Source: Syntrophorhabdaceae bacterium (GTDB lineage Bacteria; Desulfobacterota; Syntrophorhabdia; Syntrophorhabdales; Syntrophorhabdaceae). From it: a DNA stretch of 64,000 nucleotides. The position numbers and the translations under genes were made by a program. The stretch is taken from the NCBI GenBank assembly GCA_963665295.1, contig OY762209.1, forward strand, positions 5,216,001 to 5,280,000. Reading direction: 5' to 3'. Positions 50,588 to 60,863 of the stretch are shown piece after piece. The notes below the pieces were generated by a model. It saw only the letters and a list, made by a program, of their open reading frames with translations, was not told where the DNA came from and searched no databases. Positions within the stretch are counted from its first letter, which is position 1; each line of letters begins with the position of its first letter.

Positions 50588-51952
50588 TTACGATTTAAAA
50601 AAGGCTTTGAAAGCTCTGCATGTTTCGTGAATATCGAATTTGCTCGATATCTCGTAGGGAGAGTGCATTGCGAGAAGGGCGGGACCACAGTCTATGATAT
50701 CCATGCCGTATGCGGCAAGATACTTCGCTACTGTTCCACCTCCTCCCTCATCGATCTTACCGAGTTCCCCGGCTTGCCAGGTTATGTCCTCAAGAGAAAA
50801 GATGCGCCTGATCCCGGCGATGTATTCGGCGTTGGCATCGCTGGCCCCGGATTTGCCCCCATGGCCCGTATACTTCGAGATACACACGCCACGTCCGAGA
50901 TAACACGCATTCTGCTTTTCATGGACATCCTGATACGTGGGGTTCAAAGCCCCGTTCACGTCCGCCGACAGTGCCCTGGACGAAAAGAGCATTCGCCTTA
51001 CCAGGGCCTCATCGGCCTTTATCTTGAGTCCCTCCAGGATATCATACAGGAATACCTGAAGTACGTTTGATTGCATACCCGTATTGCCTTCGGAGCCTAT
51101 CTCTTCCTTGTCTATGAAGATCGCAAGGCTCGACCGGTCCGGCTCGACCACATCCGCAACCGCCCTGAGGAGGGCGTATGCACTCGACCTGTCGTCCTGA
51201 CCGTATGCGCCGATAAGGCTCCTGTCGATCCCCACGTCCTTCGCTTTGAAGGCGGGTACCACTTCCAGCTCCGCGCTTATGAAGTCCTCTTCCGTAATGC
51301 CGTACGTGTCGTCCAGCACCTTCAGTATCGCTTTTTTCACAGGCTCCTTTTCCTGGCCCACGAGAGGGATACTCCCGAAAAGGAGGGTCAGTTTTTCGCC
51401 CTCGATGCCATTGGACAACGTCTTTTCATCCTGAACCTTCCGGGACAGGTGGGGCAGGAGGTCGTCGATCACAAAAACGGGGTCGTCCTCACGTTCACCT
51501 ATCGTGATATCAATAACCCTTCCATCGGTCTTCACCACGACCCCATGGATTGCGAGAGGAATGGCAACCCATTGATATTTCTTTATTCCACCATAATAAT
51601 GAGTACGCAGCAGACCGAGTTCCACGTCCTCGTAGAGGGGTTTTTGCTTCAGATCGAGTCTGGGCGCGTCAATATGGGCGACCACTATGTTGAGGCCCTT
51701 GGCGGGTTCCTTCTTTCCTCGTACGAAAGCGAGGACCGCTTTGCCCTTGTGGTTGAGGAACACCTTTTCCTGAGCGGCATCCCTGCTGAAGCCCCTCCCG
51801 GACAAAAACTGTTCTATACATCTGACTGCCTCCCGTTCGGTTTTTGCGTCATCAAGAAATGTCTTGTACGCATCCCCGAAACGGAATATTTCTTTGATCT
51901 CTTCTTTGGATTTTCTTTTCCAGCCGGATTCTGTGAGCATTATAGTGATCAT
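50588..51952 (-). CDS. M18 family aminopeptidase
   Basis: AHIDAPRLDLK, GQDDR, DKEEIGS, MHSPYE; start may be 51940. Confidence 0.92.
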   Translation of the reverse strand: MITIMLTESGWKRKSKEEIKEIFRFGDAYKTFLDDAKTEREAVRCIEQFLSGRGFSRDAAQEKVFLNHKGKAVLAFVRGKKEPAKGLNIVVAHIDAPRLDLKQKPLYEDVELGLLRTHYYGGIKKYQWVAIPLAIHGVVVKTDGRVIDITIGEREDDPVFVIDDLLPHLSRKVQDEKTLSNGIEGEKLTLLFGSIPLVGQEKEPVKKAILKVLDDTYGITEEDFISAELEVVPAFKAKDVGIDRSLIGAYGQDDRSSAYALLRAVADVVEPDRSSLAIFIDKEEIGSEGNTGMQSNVLQVFLYDILEGLKIKADEALVRRMLFSSRALSADVNGALNPTYQDVHEKQNACYLGRGVCISKYTGHGGKSGASDANAEYIAGIRRIFSLEDITWQAGELGKIDEGGGGTVAKYLAAYGMDIIDCGPALLAMHSPYEISSKFDIHETCRAFKAFFKS

Positions 51953-52129
51953 AGATTAACAGAATTGTTATGGCGAGTCAATCACCATGTGACTCCCCTC
52001 CCACGGCCTCAACAGATGTAACGGCTCTGATTTATTCGAACTTCCCCTGCCTGCCCCACGTTGGGACTTCGTTGCCCCTCGCTCATTGCCCATTCGCCTG
52101 GCGACTTTTCCTCCTCCCCGGGCGGTTCC

Positions 52130-52294
52130 CTAGCTCTTCCTCGTGGTCTTGGCGGTAAACATGGTGACGACCTGCTTCACCTTCTCCTTGTTGCACCCGG
52201 GACAGGTTACTTTCGCTTCTTCCCGCTCCGCGATGCTCTGGGTGAGTGAGAACCGGTGACCACACTCCGTGCACTCAAAATCGTATGTCGGCAT
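52130..52294 (-). CDS. FmdB-family zinc ribbon protein (54 aa, not in ORF track)
   Basis: MPTYDFECTECGHRF...CPGC; SD ggagg; upstream TTGACA-16-TAGATT. Confidence 0.88.
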   Translation of the reverse strand: MPTYDFECTECGHRFSLTQSIAEREEAKVTCPGCNKEKVKQVVTMFTAKTTRKS

Positions 52295-52406
52295 TCCTCT
52301 CCTCCCTGTTTCCTCGACGGTAGCCCGGCAAGGGGACTTATTAACGACAATCTAGTTACGGGAAACGGGTTGTCAAGGGCATGAAGCGAAAGAATCGGTT
52401 CTTCCC

Positions 52407-53081
52407 TTACCTCGGAACGGACGAGAGCCATTCAAGGGTCTTCTCCACGACCAGGCGGTATATGTCCTCTTCCGTTCTGCCGGAAGACTTCGGCACATGG
52501 AAGGAATGGTCCCCGCCTTCGATCGTATAGAGGTCCCACGGCGTGCGGAGGTTCTTGAGCACCGGCTGAAGTTTGTCGAGCCGGCACAAAGGATCCCTCG
52601 TCCCCGCAAAAAAGAGCATGGGAACCCGTATCCGGTAGAGGCTCGCATCCCGGAGTTTCTCCCGGTCGTCGGCGGGGTGAAGGGGGTATCCCAGGAATAT
52701 GAGACGGTCCGCAGGAAGAAGGCCCTCGGCGGTCATCTCTGCCGCGATCCGGCCGCCCATGGATTTTCCCGCGGCCACCAGAGAGTCCGGGTCAATGGTT
52801 TTCCTCACAAATTGATAGGCCCCTTGCCAGGCGGCAAAAAGGGCTTCTTTCCTGTCAGGAGACTTCCGTCCGCGATCGCTGTAGAGAAAATTGAACCGCA
52901 GCACAGGATATCCCCCGAGGGCGAGCCCGTCGGAGAAGGCCCCGAGAAAAGCCGTATCCATGTCATTCCCCGCACCGTGGGCCACGATAACCGCAGTCCT
53001 TCCCCCATCCTTCGGCGTGGTAAGAATCCCCGAAGTAACTCCATCCCCTACCGGGATCGTCACCCTCTCGCTGTTTATCAT
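52407..53081 (-). CDS. Alpha/beta hydrolase (dienelactone hydrolase-like)
   Basis: AHGAG, GKSMGG, GYPLHP, GTRD, GDHSF. Confidence 0.9.
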   Translation of the reverse strand: MINSERVTIPVGDGVTSGILTTPKDGGRTAVIVAHGAGNDMDTAFLGAFSDGLALGGYPVLRFNFLYSDRGRKSPDRKEALFAAWQGAYQFVRKTIDPDSLVAAGKSMGGRIAAEMTAEGLLPADRLIFLGYPLHPADDREKLRDASLYRIRVPMLFFAGTRDPLCRLDKLQPVLKNLRTPWDLYTIEGGDHSFHVPKSSGRTEEDIYRLVVEKTLEWLSSVPR

Positions 53082-53341
53082 ATAATCGCCCTCCCTCCTG
53101 ACTCTCCGGTTATAATAGCCACTTTCATTTCTTGTGTCAGCCTTTTTCTTCGTCTCGCTCCTCTGTTCACCTGTTCACTTGGACGGATGGTGGCGAAGGT
53201 TGCCGGGTCTTACACCCTTACCGCACCCGATCGACGCTCTCCTCCCTCACTATAATACTTGTTGATCCCACGGGACGGGTCGCTTAGTATATTAGCGGAG
53301 GGCGAGAGTTTCGCGCCTCAGACTACACTCAAGGAGCTGAC

Positions 53342-53920
53342 ATGATCTCACGGATAGACCATATTGCCTTCGCTGTACGGGATTTCACCAGGGTAGCCGA
53401 TTTCTTCCGCTCCATCCTCGGGGCCGTGCCCGGCACCTCGTCCGTTGACCCTGATCTCAAATATCTTGCCCAGGTCTTTTCCCTGGGCGACCTGACAAGG
53501 ATCGAACTCCTGAACCCCACGGACAAGGGCAGCTTCCTCGATAACTTTCTCGCCCAGCGCCAGGGCGTCCACCATATCTGTCTTGAGACCCCCGACATCC
53601 TCAAGGTGCGGTCCGTCCTCGAGGAACGCGGCATACCCTATTTCGGATTCCACGCATATGCAGGAGGCAGCTGGAAAGAACTCTTCATTCATCCCCGCGA
53701 CGCCTTCGGCATCCTCATTCAGATCGCCGAATTTACCCCCGACGATTTCATCTCCGATAGCCTGAAGCTCAAAGGCGACGCCCGGTGGTCCGCGGAAAAA
53801 TCCCCCACGGGCGTGACCCTCACTTTGAAACACCCCGGAGGCGGCACGGTCCGCGTGGACCTTACGAAGGATGAGGCGGCCGCCCTTCAACGCGACCTCG
53901 GGAAGGCACTCCGGCCCTGA
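53342..53920 (+). CDS. VOC family protein (methylmalonyl-CoA epimerase-like)
   Basis: IDHIAFAV, IELLNP, GVHHICL, FIHP. Confidence 0.88.
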   Translation: MISRIDHIAFAVRDFTRVADFFRSILGAVPGTSSVDPDLKYLAQVFSLGDLTRIELLNPTDKGSFLDNFLAQRQGVHHICLETPDILKVRSVLEERGIPYFGFHAYAGGSWKELFIHPRDAFGILIQIAEFTPDDFISDSLKLKGDARWSAEKSPTGVTLTLKHPGGGTVRVDLTKDEAAALQRDLGKALRP

Positions 53921-54116
53921 TTGCGGGCAGGCCGCAATAAAACCCGGCGTACATTCCGGACCACCCATGGGCGTCACCTATCCGGTCGGCAAAACCATGC
54001 TTTTAAGCCACTGTAATAACACGCCATATCAACTTGTCTCTTAAGTTTTTCCTCCGGCTTTCGATAAAAATCATGTCCCCAAACAAAATCTATTTACCGG
54101 CACAAGGAGGTGCAAA

Positions 54117-54593
54117 GTGAAAAAACGTTCAATCGGTATGGCGGCAGTGGCAGTGGTGGTGGCAGTGGTCATAGGCATATGCGGCGCCTTTGCCGCGGCT
54201 TACGCGGCGCCCGCAGATGAAGCGAAAGCCCTCGCGGAAAAGGCGGCGGCCTTTGCAAAGGCAAACGGAAAGGATAGGGCTCTTGCGGAATTCAATAACC
54301 CCAAAGGACAGTTCGTCAAGGGAGACTTATACATCTTCGCCAATGACTTCAACGGCGTCTGTCTCGCAAACGGCGGAAACCCCAAGCTCGTGGGACAGAA
54401 CCATCTGAGCCTCAAAGACGCAAACGACAAGTACTTCATGAAGGAGTTTATCGAAACAGCGAAGACAAAAGGCAGCGGATGGGTCAATTATTCCTGGACC
54501 CAGCCATCGACCAAGAAAGTCCACGCCAAGGCTACATGGATCCAGCGAGTGGAAGGGGCCGACTATTTCGTAGGCTGCGGCATCTACAAATGA
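54117..54593 (+). CDS. Stand-alone exported single Cache domain protein
   Basis: Signal peptide; GQFVKGDLYIF, GSGWVNYSW, VGCGIY. Confidence 0.88.
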   Translation: MKKRSIGMAAVAVVVAVVIGICGAFAAAYAAPADEAKALAEKAAAFAKANGKDRALAEFNNPKGQFVKGDLYIFANDFNGVCLANGGNPKLVGQNHLSLKDANDKYFMKEFIETAKTKGSGWVNYSWTQPSTKKVHAKATWIQRVEGADYFVGCGIYK

Positions 54594-54643
54594 TCCCGGT
54601 CAGCATGACCCTCTCTCGAAGGGCCCTGCTGTAACGAGCGCAC

Positions 54644-54679
54644 AAAAGGGGCATCCCGCAGGGTGCCCCTTTACCTTTT
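54644..54679. terminator. Bidirectional intrinsic terminator
   Basis: AAAA-GGGGCA...TGCCCC-TTT between convergent genes. Confidence 0.75.
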
Positions 54680-55851
54680 CAGGCTCCCGGTTTTATCATT
54701 TCCAGAAAGGCTTCTATCCTTATTCTCAGCTGTTCCGTGTCGGATTCGGAATAGTCTGTCTCGATCTGCATGAAGGGCGGGTTCTCCCGTGAATGGAGGT
54801 ACTCCCTGAGACCGAAGGATTCCACATTATACGTATGGCAGGCGAGCCACGTGAGGTCGATGATGCCGTCCACGGAAAACTCCCGGGCAAGTTGTTCCAC
54901 CAACTCGAACCTGCCCGTATTCGGGGTCATGCAGGAACACGGCGTCTTGAGGTACTTCGCGGCAATAGCGTGAAGGGGTTCATCGTCCTCGTCCACGGGG
55001 GTCATCTTTTTGTAGCCGGTGCAGTTCTCGAAGCAGACCACGTTCCCGCCGCTGTCTTCTATGATGCGGACCACCTTCTCCGATCCCACACCCACCGGCA
55101 CCCCTGTGAGAAGGATACGGGGAGTCTTTGTAAGGAAAGGTGATTCCCCCTCCTTCACCATGGTGTCGAGCAAGGCGGTAAGGGCGTCGACCATGGCCGT
55201 TGCCTCGGCTTTGTCGAGGTAGAAATTGCTCATATGAAGGACCGTGAGGAGGTTGAGGCCGCTCAAAGGGGCGGGCACCGCCTTGCACGCATCCTGCAAG
55301 GCCTTTCGTGCGCGCCTCTCTTCATTGAGGACCCGTATGGCGCCGCGCAGCTTCTCTTCCGTTATGGTTACGGAAAACTCCTGCTCCAGGCGTTCCTTGA
55401 ATTTCACGATCTCCCCGTGCCAGTAATCGAGGTCCTCCTGCCGGTCCTGGGTCTGGGGGAGTTGAAGGAGGTGCATGGGCTTGCGCCGGCTCAGGAGTTC
55501 ATACATCTTCTTTTTACCGTCGCACGTGGTCTCGCCCACCACCAGATCGGAAAAGAAGAAGTAGGGGCACGTGTCCGTTATGGCGTAGCCATAGCTTGAC
55601 TTGATGAGAGGGCAGATATTCCGGGGCAGAACGCGCTCCGCCGCCTTTATGGGCTGTTGTTTGGTGCCGCACAGGGAAACAGGGATCGCTCCCGCGGCAA
55701 GAATGAGTTCGACAGGCGTGTAGATGCAATAGGTCCCCACGATCTTCCTTCCTTTTTCACTCTCATTCTTCAGGGCTATCACGTTCTTTTCCCGGAGGTC
55801 TTCAAACCGGGACAGGACTTCAGGATCTTCACTCGCCATCAGGGTCCACAT
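54679..55851 (-). CDS. 2-hydroxyacyl-CoA dehydratase family / double-cubane cluster protein
   Basis: GTYC, SLCG, NICPLIKSSY, TCP, ETTCDGKKK, ENCTG, PCSC, ACHTY, IETDYS. Confidence 0.88.
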   Translation of the reverse strand: MWTLMASEDPEVLSRFEDLREKNVIALKNESEKGRKIVGTYCIYTPVELILAAGAIPVSLCGTKQQPIKAAERVLPRNICPLIKSSYGYAITDTCPYFFFSDLVVGETTCDGKKKMYELLSRRKPMHLLQLPQTQDRQEDLDYWHGEIVKFKERLEQEFSVTITEEKLRGAIRVLNEERRARKALQDACKAVPAPLSGLNLLTVLHMSNFYLDKAEATAMVDALTALLDTMVKEGESPFLTKTPRILLTGVPVGVGSEKVVRIIEDSGGNVVCFENCTGYKKMTPVDEDDEPLHAIAAKYLKTPCSCMTPNTGRFELVEQLAREFSVDGIIDLTWLACHTYNVESFGLREYLHSRENPPFMQIETDYSESDTEQLRIRIEAFLEMIKPGA

Positions 55852-56146
55852 CTCCTTTCCTGCGCCACCATCGGCGGAGTCCCGCCCGGACGCTTTTCAA
55901 AAAGCATAGAGACCTTCAAAGAGGGAGTCAAATCGATTTATTCGATATTTAGTATTACTGTTATTCTCTCTTGACATGTTGTAACTTGCGCGGTCCCGGC
56001 AGTTCCCGCCTGTCCGCGGGAAGAGGTGGCTACGGCGGCTGCAATGGCCTTGATTTTTCCCAGGCCCTTCTCTACAATCTTTCATCCGGCTCGGGTATGC
56101 AGATTCCCCGGCCACGTACCCTATCATAATTTTCGAGGAGGTCCCC

Positions 56147-56563
56147 ATGAAGACCCTGCGTGAGATAAGGCTCTCTGCGGAGCTGTTCTCCATTCCCATC
56201 ATTTTCGAATTCGTCTCCTGTCACGCAAAGGCCTGCGGCCTCCGCGAGACACGGACCCGCGAGGCGCTCCGCGCAGTGGAGGAAGCCGTAACGAGCATCA
56301 TCTGTTACGGGTATCACAATGACTACGGCGACGTACGGCTTTTGTGCGAGGAAGACGTCCCCGGAAGGCTGATTATTACCATAGAGGATTTCGCCGGGCC
56401 CTTCGACATCCTGTCCGGAGAGGCTCCCGGCGCACCGGATGCCGGGTCCGGAGAGCAAAGAAAGGCCTCTGCCGCGATAATGAGGAAGATGGCCGACCAT
56501 ATTACGTACGAGCGGCGTGAAGGCTCGAACGTCCTCACCTTCACCATCGAGGAAGCACGGTAA
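56147..56563 (+). CDS. RsbW-like anti-sigma/ATP-binding protein
   Basis: AVEEAVTSII, IEDFAGPFD, RKMADHITY; G-rich ATP lid degenerate. Confidence 0.8.
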   Translation: MKTLREIRLSAELFSIPIIFEFVSCHAKACGLRETRTREALRAVEEAVTSIICYGYHNDYGDVRLLCEEDVPGRLIITIEDFAGPFDILSGEAPGAPDAGSGEQRKASAAIMRKMADHITYERREGSNVLTFTIEEAR

Positions 56564-56644
56564 GGACCAAAGACGGGAAGCTGCGGGGGAACCCTTGCGG
56601 CAGGGATATCCCTCCCCGGGCCGCCCGCGGATAGATCGATAACC

Positions 56645-57295
56645 TTATATATACGAACTAAGCTGAGCCACGGCGTGGGCGAGAGACGGCACGCTCCAAA
56701 GCTCCGCCATGAGGGCGTCGACAACAACCCTGTTCCTTGTGGTTTTCGCCAGTTGGATGTTGAGTGTTTCCGCATCCCGGAGGAGGTCGGCCCGTGTCTC
56801 ATCGTCAAGGGATGTATCATCGAGGATCACGTTGATGATCTGTATGATGATCTGCTTGAGGCCCGCGCTCTGGGAGGAAGCGGTCTCCGCCTTTGCAGGC
56901 CCCGGGGCCGGCGCAACCTGATTCGCCATCTCGGGCGTAAACCGGGCAATCTCCAACTCGGGCTCGCTCAGCCATGACGGATTCTCCTCTTCTTGCACAA
57001 AAGCCTGCGGGTTTTCCTTGTACTTCGCGATGATGCCCGTTTCTCCTCCTCTCTCCACGTAGGACATCCCTTCCATGGTGATAAAGGCGCTGATCTGGCC
57101 GAAAACATCCTGGGAAAGCATCACCATGCCCCCATCCTCGAGGGCCCGAGCCGCCGCCATCAATTGGTCGTGGTCCGTAATACCCGCCCCCGTAGCGAAT
57201 TCGCCCAAAGGAAAGAAAAAGAAACTATGGACTTCGCCCTCGGCCTTGTCGTTAAGGTATGCGAGCAAAAGCTCCGTCAATTCGTCTGTATTCAC
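56645..57295 (-). CDS. Hypothetical protein
   Basis: 216 aa; winged-helix-like N-terminus, Pro/Ala linker, helical C-terminus; SD aggag. Confidence 0.75.
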   Translation of the reverse strand: MNTDELTELLLAYLNDKAEGEVHSFFFFPLGEFATGAGITDHDQLMAAARALEDGGMVMLSQDVFGQISAFITMEGMSYVERGGETGIIAKYKENPQAFVQEEENPSWLSEPELEIARFTPEMANQVAPAPGPAKAETASSQSAGLKQIIIQIINVILDDTSLDDETRADLLRDAETLNIQLAKTTRNRVVVDALMAELWSVPSLAHAVAQLSSYI

Positions 57296-57425
57296 TCATT
57301 TCTCCTATGGATCTCTTGAAATTTCCGTGCCAACTATTATACCAGATTTTCCATTCCGTATCGAAAAAAAATGAGGTATGGTATTAGGAAGACGGAATGA
57401 TCATTTCAGGAGGAGATCGCCTTTC

Positions 57426-57620
57426 ATGGCAACGGAGAAGTCAAAGATCGATTGTTTCTCGTGCAGGCACTTCTATGTCACCTGGGACGAGAGGCACCCC
57501 AAGGGGTGCCGGGCAATGGGCTTTAAATCCAGGGAGCTTCCCTCGATTGTGGTATACAAAAGCTCCGGAATGGATTGTCTGAAATTCGACCGGAAGGACC
57601 CCGTGAACCGTAAAGGTTGA
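57426..57620 (+). CDS. Small Cys-rich conserved hypothetical protein
   Basis: CFSCRHFYVTWD...GCRAMGFKS...SSGMDC; SD aggagg. Confidence 0.8.
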   Translation: MATEKSKIDCFSCRHFYVTWDERHPKGCRAMGFKSRELPSIVVYKSSGMDCLKFDRKDPVNRKG

Positions 57621-57634
57621 CAAGGCCGGGGTTT

Positions 57635-60292
57635 TCACCGTTTTCGGCCCTTCGTGGTCCTGTCGGATCCGAAAAGGCTTTTCATGGTGATAAGAAGGGG
57701 AATGATGAGACTCGCCGCCCCTCCCAGGATGATGAAGGTCTTCTGAAACATACCCGTATCGGCGATCGCCGGGATATCCACGCTCGACAGGGCGGCATTG
57801 AGACCGCGCACCGCGAGAGGGAAAAGAAAGACCCCTGCAATGATCACGATGGACAAGAGGATTATGCTGTTTCGCACGAACTTGAAGCCGTTGAGGAGGA
57901 TCTGCCGCCAGTTCTCCAACCGGCCAAATTCTGCTTCGATCCGGCTCAGATCGAGCTGAAGCTTCTCCCTCGTGAGGATCCGCGCGTTGATCTCCTCGGG
58001 AGAAGAGGGAGGAGGCTCCGCCTCCGCTGCCCGGAGTCTTTCCCGGATCCTGACAAGTCGCTGGGCGTGGGAACCGACGAGCCTGGGGAAGTTGTAGCTC
58101 ACGACAAAAGCCATATCCCTTTCAAGTTGCCGGTTCAAATCCTGAAGGAACTTGCGGACTTCCTTTTGCTGCTCCTGAACTGCGTTGCGGCACATGGCGG
58201 TTATGGCGTTTCCCAGGCGGACCGTATCGAGGCGCGCGAAATAACTGTCCGTGATTCTCAGGTCTTCTATCCGGGACATCAATTCTTCCGCTTCCTCGAG
58301 GTCCTTTTCCCTCAGAATGGCCCGCGTCCTTTCCATCTCCTCCGTTGCCATGAGGGCCGCTTCTTCTGAGGCTTCCTTCGCTTTGACGAAGGCGACTTCC
58401 AGTTGATCCGCCACAACATCCCGGAACGGTGCAAGTTCGGGGTCGATCAGCGCCTGGACGTAGTATTTCCTTTCGTCCGAAACGAGCACGACAAGCCTCT
58501 GGAGGGCGCCCTTTTCATCTTTCTGTCTGAAATGAATTATCATATCCTCATAGATGGCCTCCGCGCACCCCGAGTCCAGGGAGAGAATGCCGCTGATGCT
58601 CCTGTAGGCCGTCGCGTGCTGGCCCAGGAGTTTGTTCAGGCGGAAGAGCAGGAAGTGCACAAATATCTTGCTCCCGTTACCCTTTGCAAACTTGAGGGCC
58701 TTGTTGAAGAAGTACTCGGCTTCCGCCAGATCACCCTTTTCCACGTAAAGATACCCCAACGTGCAGTAGATCCGGTAGTCTTCGGGGTGTCTGATCTGGG
58801 CTTCCTTAAGGAGCGCCGCCGCTCTTGCCGTGTCCGATACGCGGAGGGAATCCTGGGCAAGCCATTGAATCCCACCCTTGTTTTCCCCCATTGCCTCCGC
58901 AGTTCTCCCCCACCTGTTGCCCGACGTGTACCATATTGCCCTGAGGAAACGAAGCTGGTACACCCTGTTCAGTTCATAAAAGGCCTGGAACGCGGGATTA
59001 TCACCCATACCTCCGCCTTCCCGCACTTCCCGGTAGAACTCATCGGGGTCCCTCTTCTCCACCGACAGAAACTCGCTGAAAAGTTCGTTTATGTCTCTCA
59101 TGGATAGATAACCGAGCCTGTCAAGGCCGTGGGTATTGTGGGCCATGTGCTTCGAAGGACACATTCCCGCCTTGTGACGTCTGCTCCCGCAATAAAAACA
59201 GGGTTCTCCCTCTCCCGCGGCAAGGGCCTCCTGGTGGAGGAACCTGACCGCTTCCCCGTCGCGGTTCATGTTGTCAAAGCCGACCTTGTGCCAGGAAGGA
59301 ACGGGCGAAGGTCCGTCCTCAACGGGTATATCCCTCTGGTTTCGGATATGTTTCAAGGCTTCGGGGCTTATGTAGACATCTCCGGGGTTAACCCCCGATA
59401 CGGGGAAGTCGCCGCTTCTTATCGTCAACTCCCCCACCTCCGTGGCCGGATAGATGTGGACGAACGCATGGACAGGGAGAGTCACCCGCTCCCCGTCCGT
59501 TTTGGGGGCGCCTCCAAGATATCTCAAGACAGCGCGCACCACCCGGAGCACGGACCCGCTGTCTCTCAGGGCCAGGGCGAGGCTATTGTCCGGGAGAACC
59601 AGCTTTTCTCCTACCGCCGCACCCCAGAAGCCCATTTCCTCCCTGACCATGGCGTCCCATGTCCGGGGAAAGGAACCGCTGCCGAGGCCCCAGAGGGGAC
59701 GAAAATAAAGTACAACCCCCGTTGCCGGCTTGAAATCCGCCGCCCTGTCCCAGGTAACGCCATAGACCCTTTGATCGTCGGCGGCCCCTGTCTTGTACGG
59801 CAGATTCACAGGTTCAAAGTGTACGTGCGGCATATCACGGACCGCATCACACACCCTCCGCGAAACGGTAATCGAGGGCAACCCTCCCGAACGGGCAAGT
59901 CTCGACGCCATTCCCGCCGTATCATCCGGAGCGTTTCCACCGCTTACGGGATTCCTGCAATCAATGCCCGCCTTCACATTCACCCGGTCACCGTCGCCCG
60001 TCCCCTGATTGGCCGAATTCAACCCGACCTGGATGTTTATGGCGGCCTTTACCGCCTCTTCTCCATCGGAAAACCACGCAAGCACGGAATTGTCGGAAGC
60101 CGAACCGACCCTCCCGCCGAATTCCGCAATAGTCGCGAGGACCGACTCGCTCCGGGCATCGTTCACCGCGGCCGTAATCTCGATGAACAAGGCGACTGCA
60201 TGGTGTGACGAATGGTCGGGTGGACCCGCGACCGGAAGGTTGCCCTCAGGGCCGGGGGAAGGATTCGGAGAGGAAGTAGGGTTCAAACTCAT
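57635..60292 (-). CDS. Degenerate class III cyclase-like domain, CCHC zinc knuckle, TPR, membrane-anchored protein
   Basis: 885 aa; cyclase-like N-terminus, CFYCGSRRHKAGMC, TPR-like helices, two C-terminal TMs. Confidence 0.8.
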   Translation of the reverse strand: MSLNPTSSPNPSPGPEGNLPVAGPPDHSSHHAVALFIEITAAVNDARSESVLATIAEFGGRVGSASDNSVLAWFSDGEEAVKAAINIQVGLNSANQGTGDGDRVNVKAGIDCRNPVSGGNAPDDTAGMASRLARSGGLPSITVSRRVCDAVRDMPHVHFEPVNLPYKTGAADDQRVYGVTWDRAADFKPATGVVLYFRPLWGLGSGSFPRTWDAMVREEMGFWGAAVGEKLVLPDNSLALALRDSGSVLRVVRAVLRYLGGAPKTDGERVTLPVHAFVHIYPATEVGELTIRSGDFPVSGVNPGDVYISPEALKHIRNQRDIPVEDGPSPVPSWHKVGFDNMNRDGEAVRFLHQEALAAGEGEPCFYCGSRRHKAGMCPSKHMAHNTHGLDRLGYLSMRDINELFSEFLSVEKRDPDEFYREVREGGGMGDNPAFQAFYELNRVYQLRFLRAIWYTSGNRWGRTAEAMGENKGGIQWLAQDSLRVSDTARAAALLKEAQIRHPEDYRIYCTLGYLYVEKGDLAEAEYFFNKALKFAKGNGSKIFVHFLLFRLNKLLGQHATAYRSISGILSLDSGCAEAIYEDMIIHFRQKDEKGALQRLVVLVSDERKYYVQALIDPELAPFRDVVADQLEVAFVKAKEASEEAALMATEEMERTRAILREKDLEEAEELMSRIEDLRITDSYFARLDTVRLGNAITAMCRNAVQEQQKEVRKFLQDLNRQLERDMAFVVSYNFPRLVGSHAQRLVRIRERLRAAEAEPPPSSPEEINARILTREKLQLDLSRIEAEFGRLENWRQILLNGFKFVRNSIILLSIVIIAGVFLFPLAVRGLNAALSSVDIPAIADTGMFQKTFIILGGAASLIIPLLITMKSLFGSDRTTKGRKR

Positions 60293-60419
60293 AGCTCTAT
60301 CTATAGTTTGTCGGTTGAATCCTCGTTTTCTTTAGTGATTTTTCCAATAATCCGGCAAAAGCGGGACCACCCTCGAAGGAAGGCGGTACGGGGCGTGGCA
60401 ACAGGAGAAAGGCCCTGGC

Positions 60420-60863
60420 CTATTCTCCGGAATCAGGTCGAAAGGCCCTGGCCTCTTTCTTTCTGGATTGGATATGCTTCAATTCCAGCACCTTTTCTTT
60501 GGCCCTTTTCGATCGCTTTCGCTTCTGCCTCCTGATTCTCTCGATCCGCTGCTGTTCTTCGCTCTCCCTTCCGAGCATGGCGTCCTCGATTTTTTTCACC
60601 AGGATGCGACGGGCGAGGAAACGGTTCAGGGCCTGGGAGCGCTCCCTCTGGCACTTCACCTCAATGCCCGTGGGCGTGTGCTTAAGGTATACGCAGGTTG
60701 AAACCTTGTTGACATTCTGCCCTCCCGGTCCGCCCGAACGGATGAACTGCTCCTCGATATCCGCCTCCCTGATCCCGAGGCGCTTCATCTTTTCCTCAAG
60801 GGCTTTTATCTTCTCTCCGCTTGCCCCGAACCTCGAAGGCTCCATGAGTCGCGTTTCTCTCAC
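60420..60863 (-). CDS. Peptide chain release factor-like peptidyl-tRNA hydrolase (ArfB-like)
   Basis: [18 protein letters not shown], basic C-terminal tail; start may be 60845. Confidence 0.9.
   Translation of the reverse strand: MRETRLMEPSRFGASGEKIKALEEKMKRLGIREADIEEQFIRSGGPGGQNVNKVSTCVYLKHTPTGIEVKCQRERSQALNRFLARRILVKKIEDAMLGRESEEQQRIERIRRQKRKRSKRAKEKVLELKHIQSRKKEARAFRPDSGE

Noticed and set aside
52083..52274. 63-aa track ORF
   Set aside because: Wrong frame; the real gene is the 54-aa FmdB-type ORF at 52130-52294
53960..54040. Cobalamin or c-di-GMP riboswitch (GGCAAAACC, AAGCCACTG) upstream of the Cache gene
   Set aside because: Only isolated short motifs; the remaining conserved core and stems were not found
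57317..57332. Sigma54-like site TGGCACGGAAATTTCA upstream of 57295
   Set aside because: The conserved -12 GC is TC; possible but not supported enough
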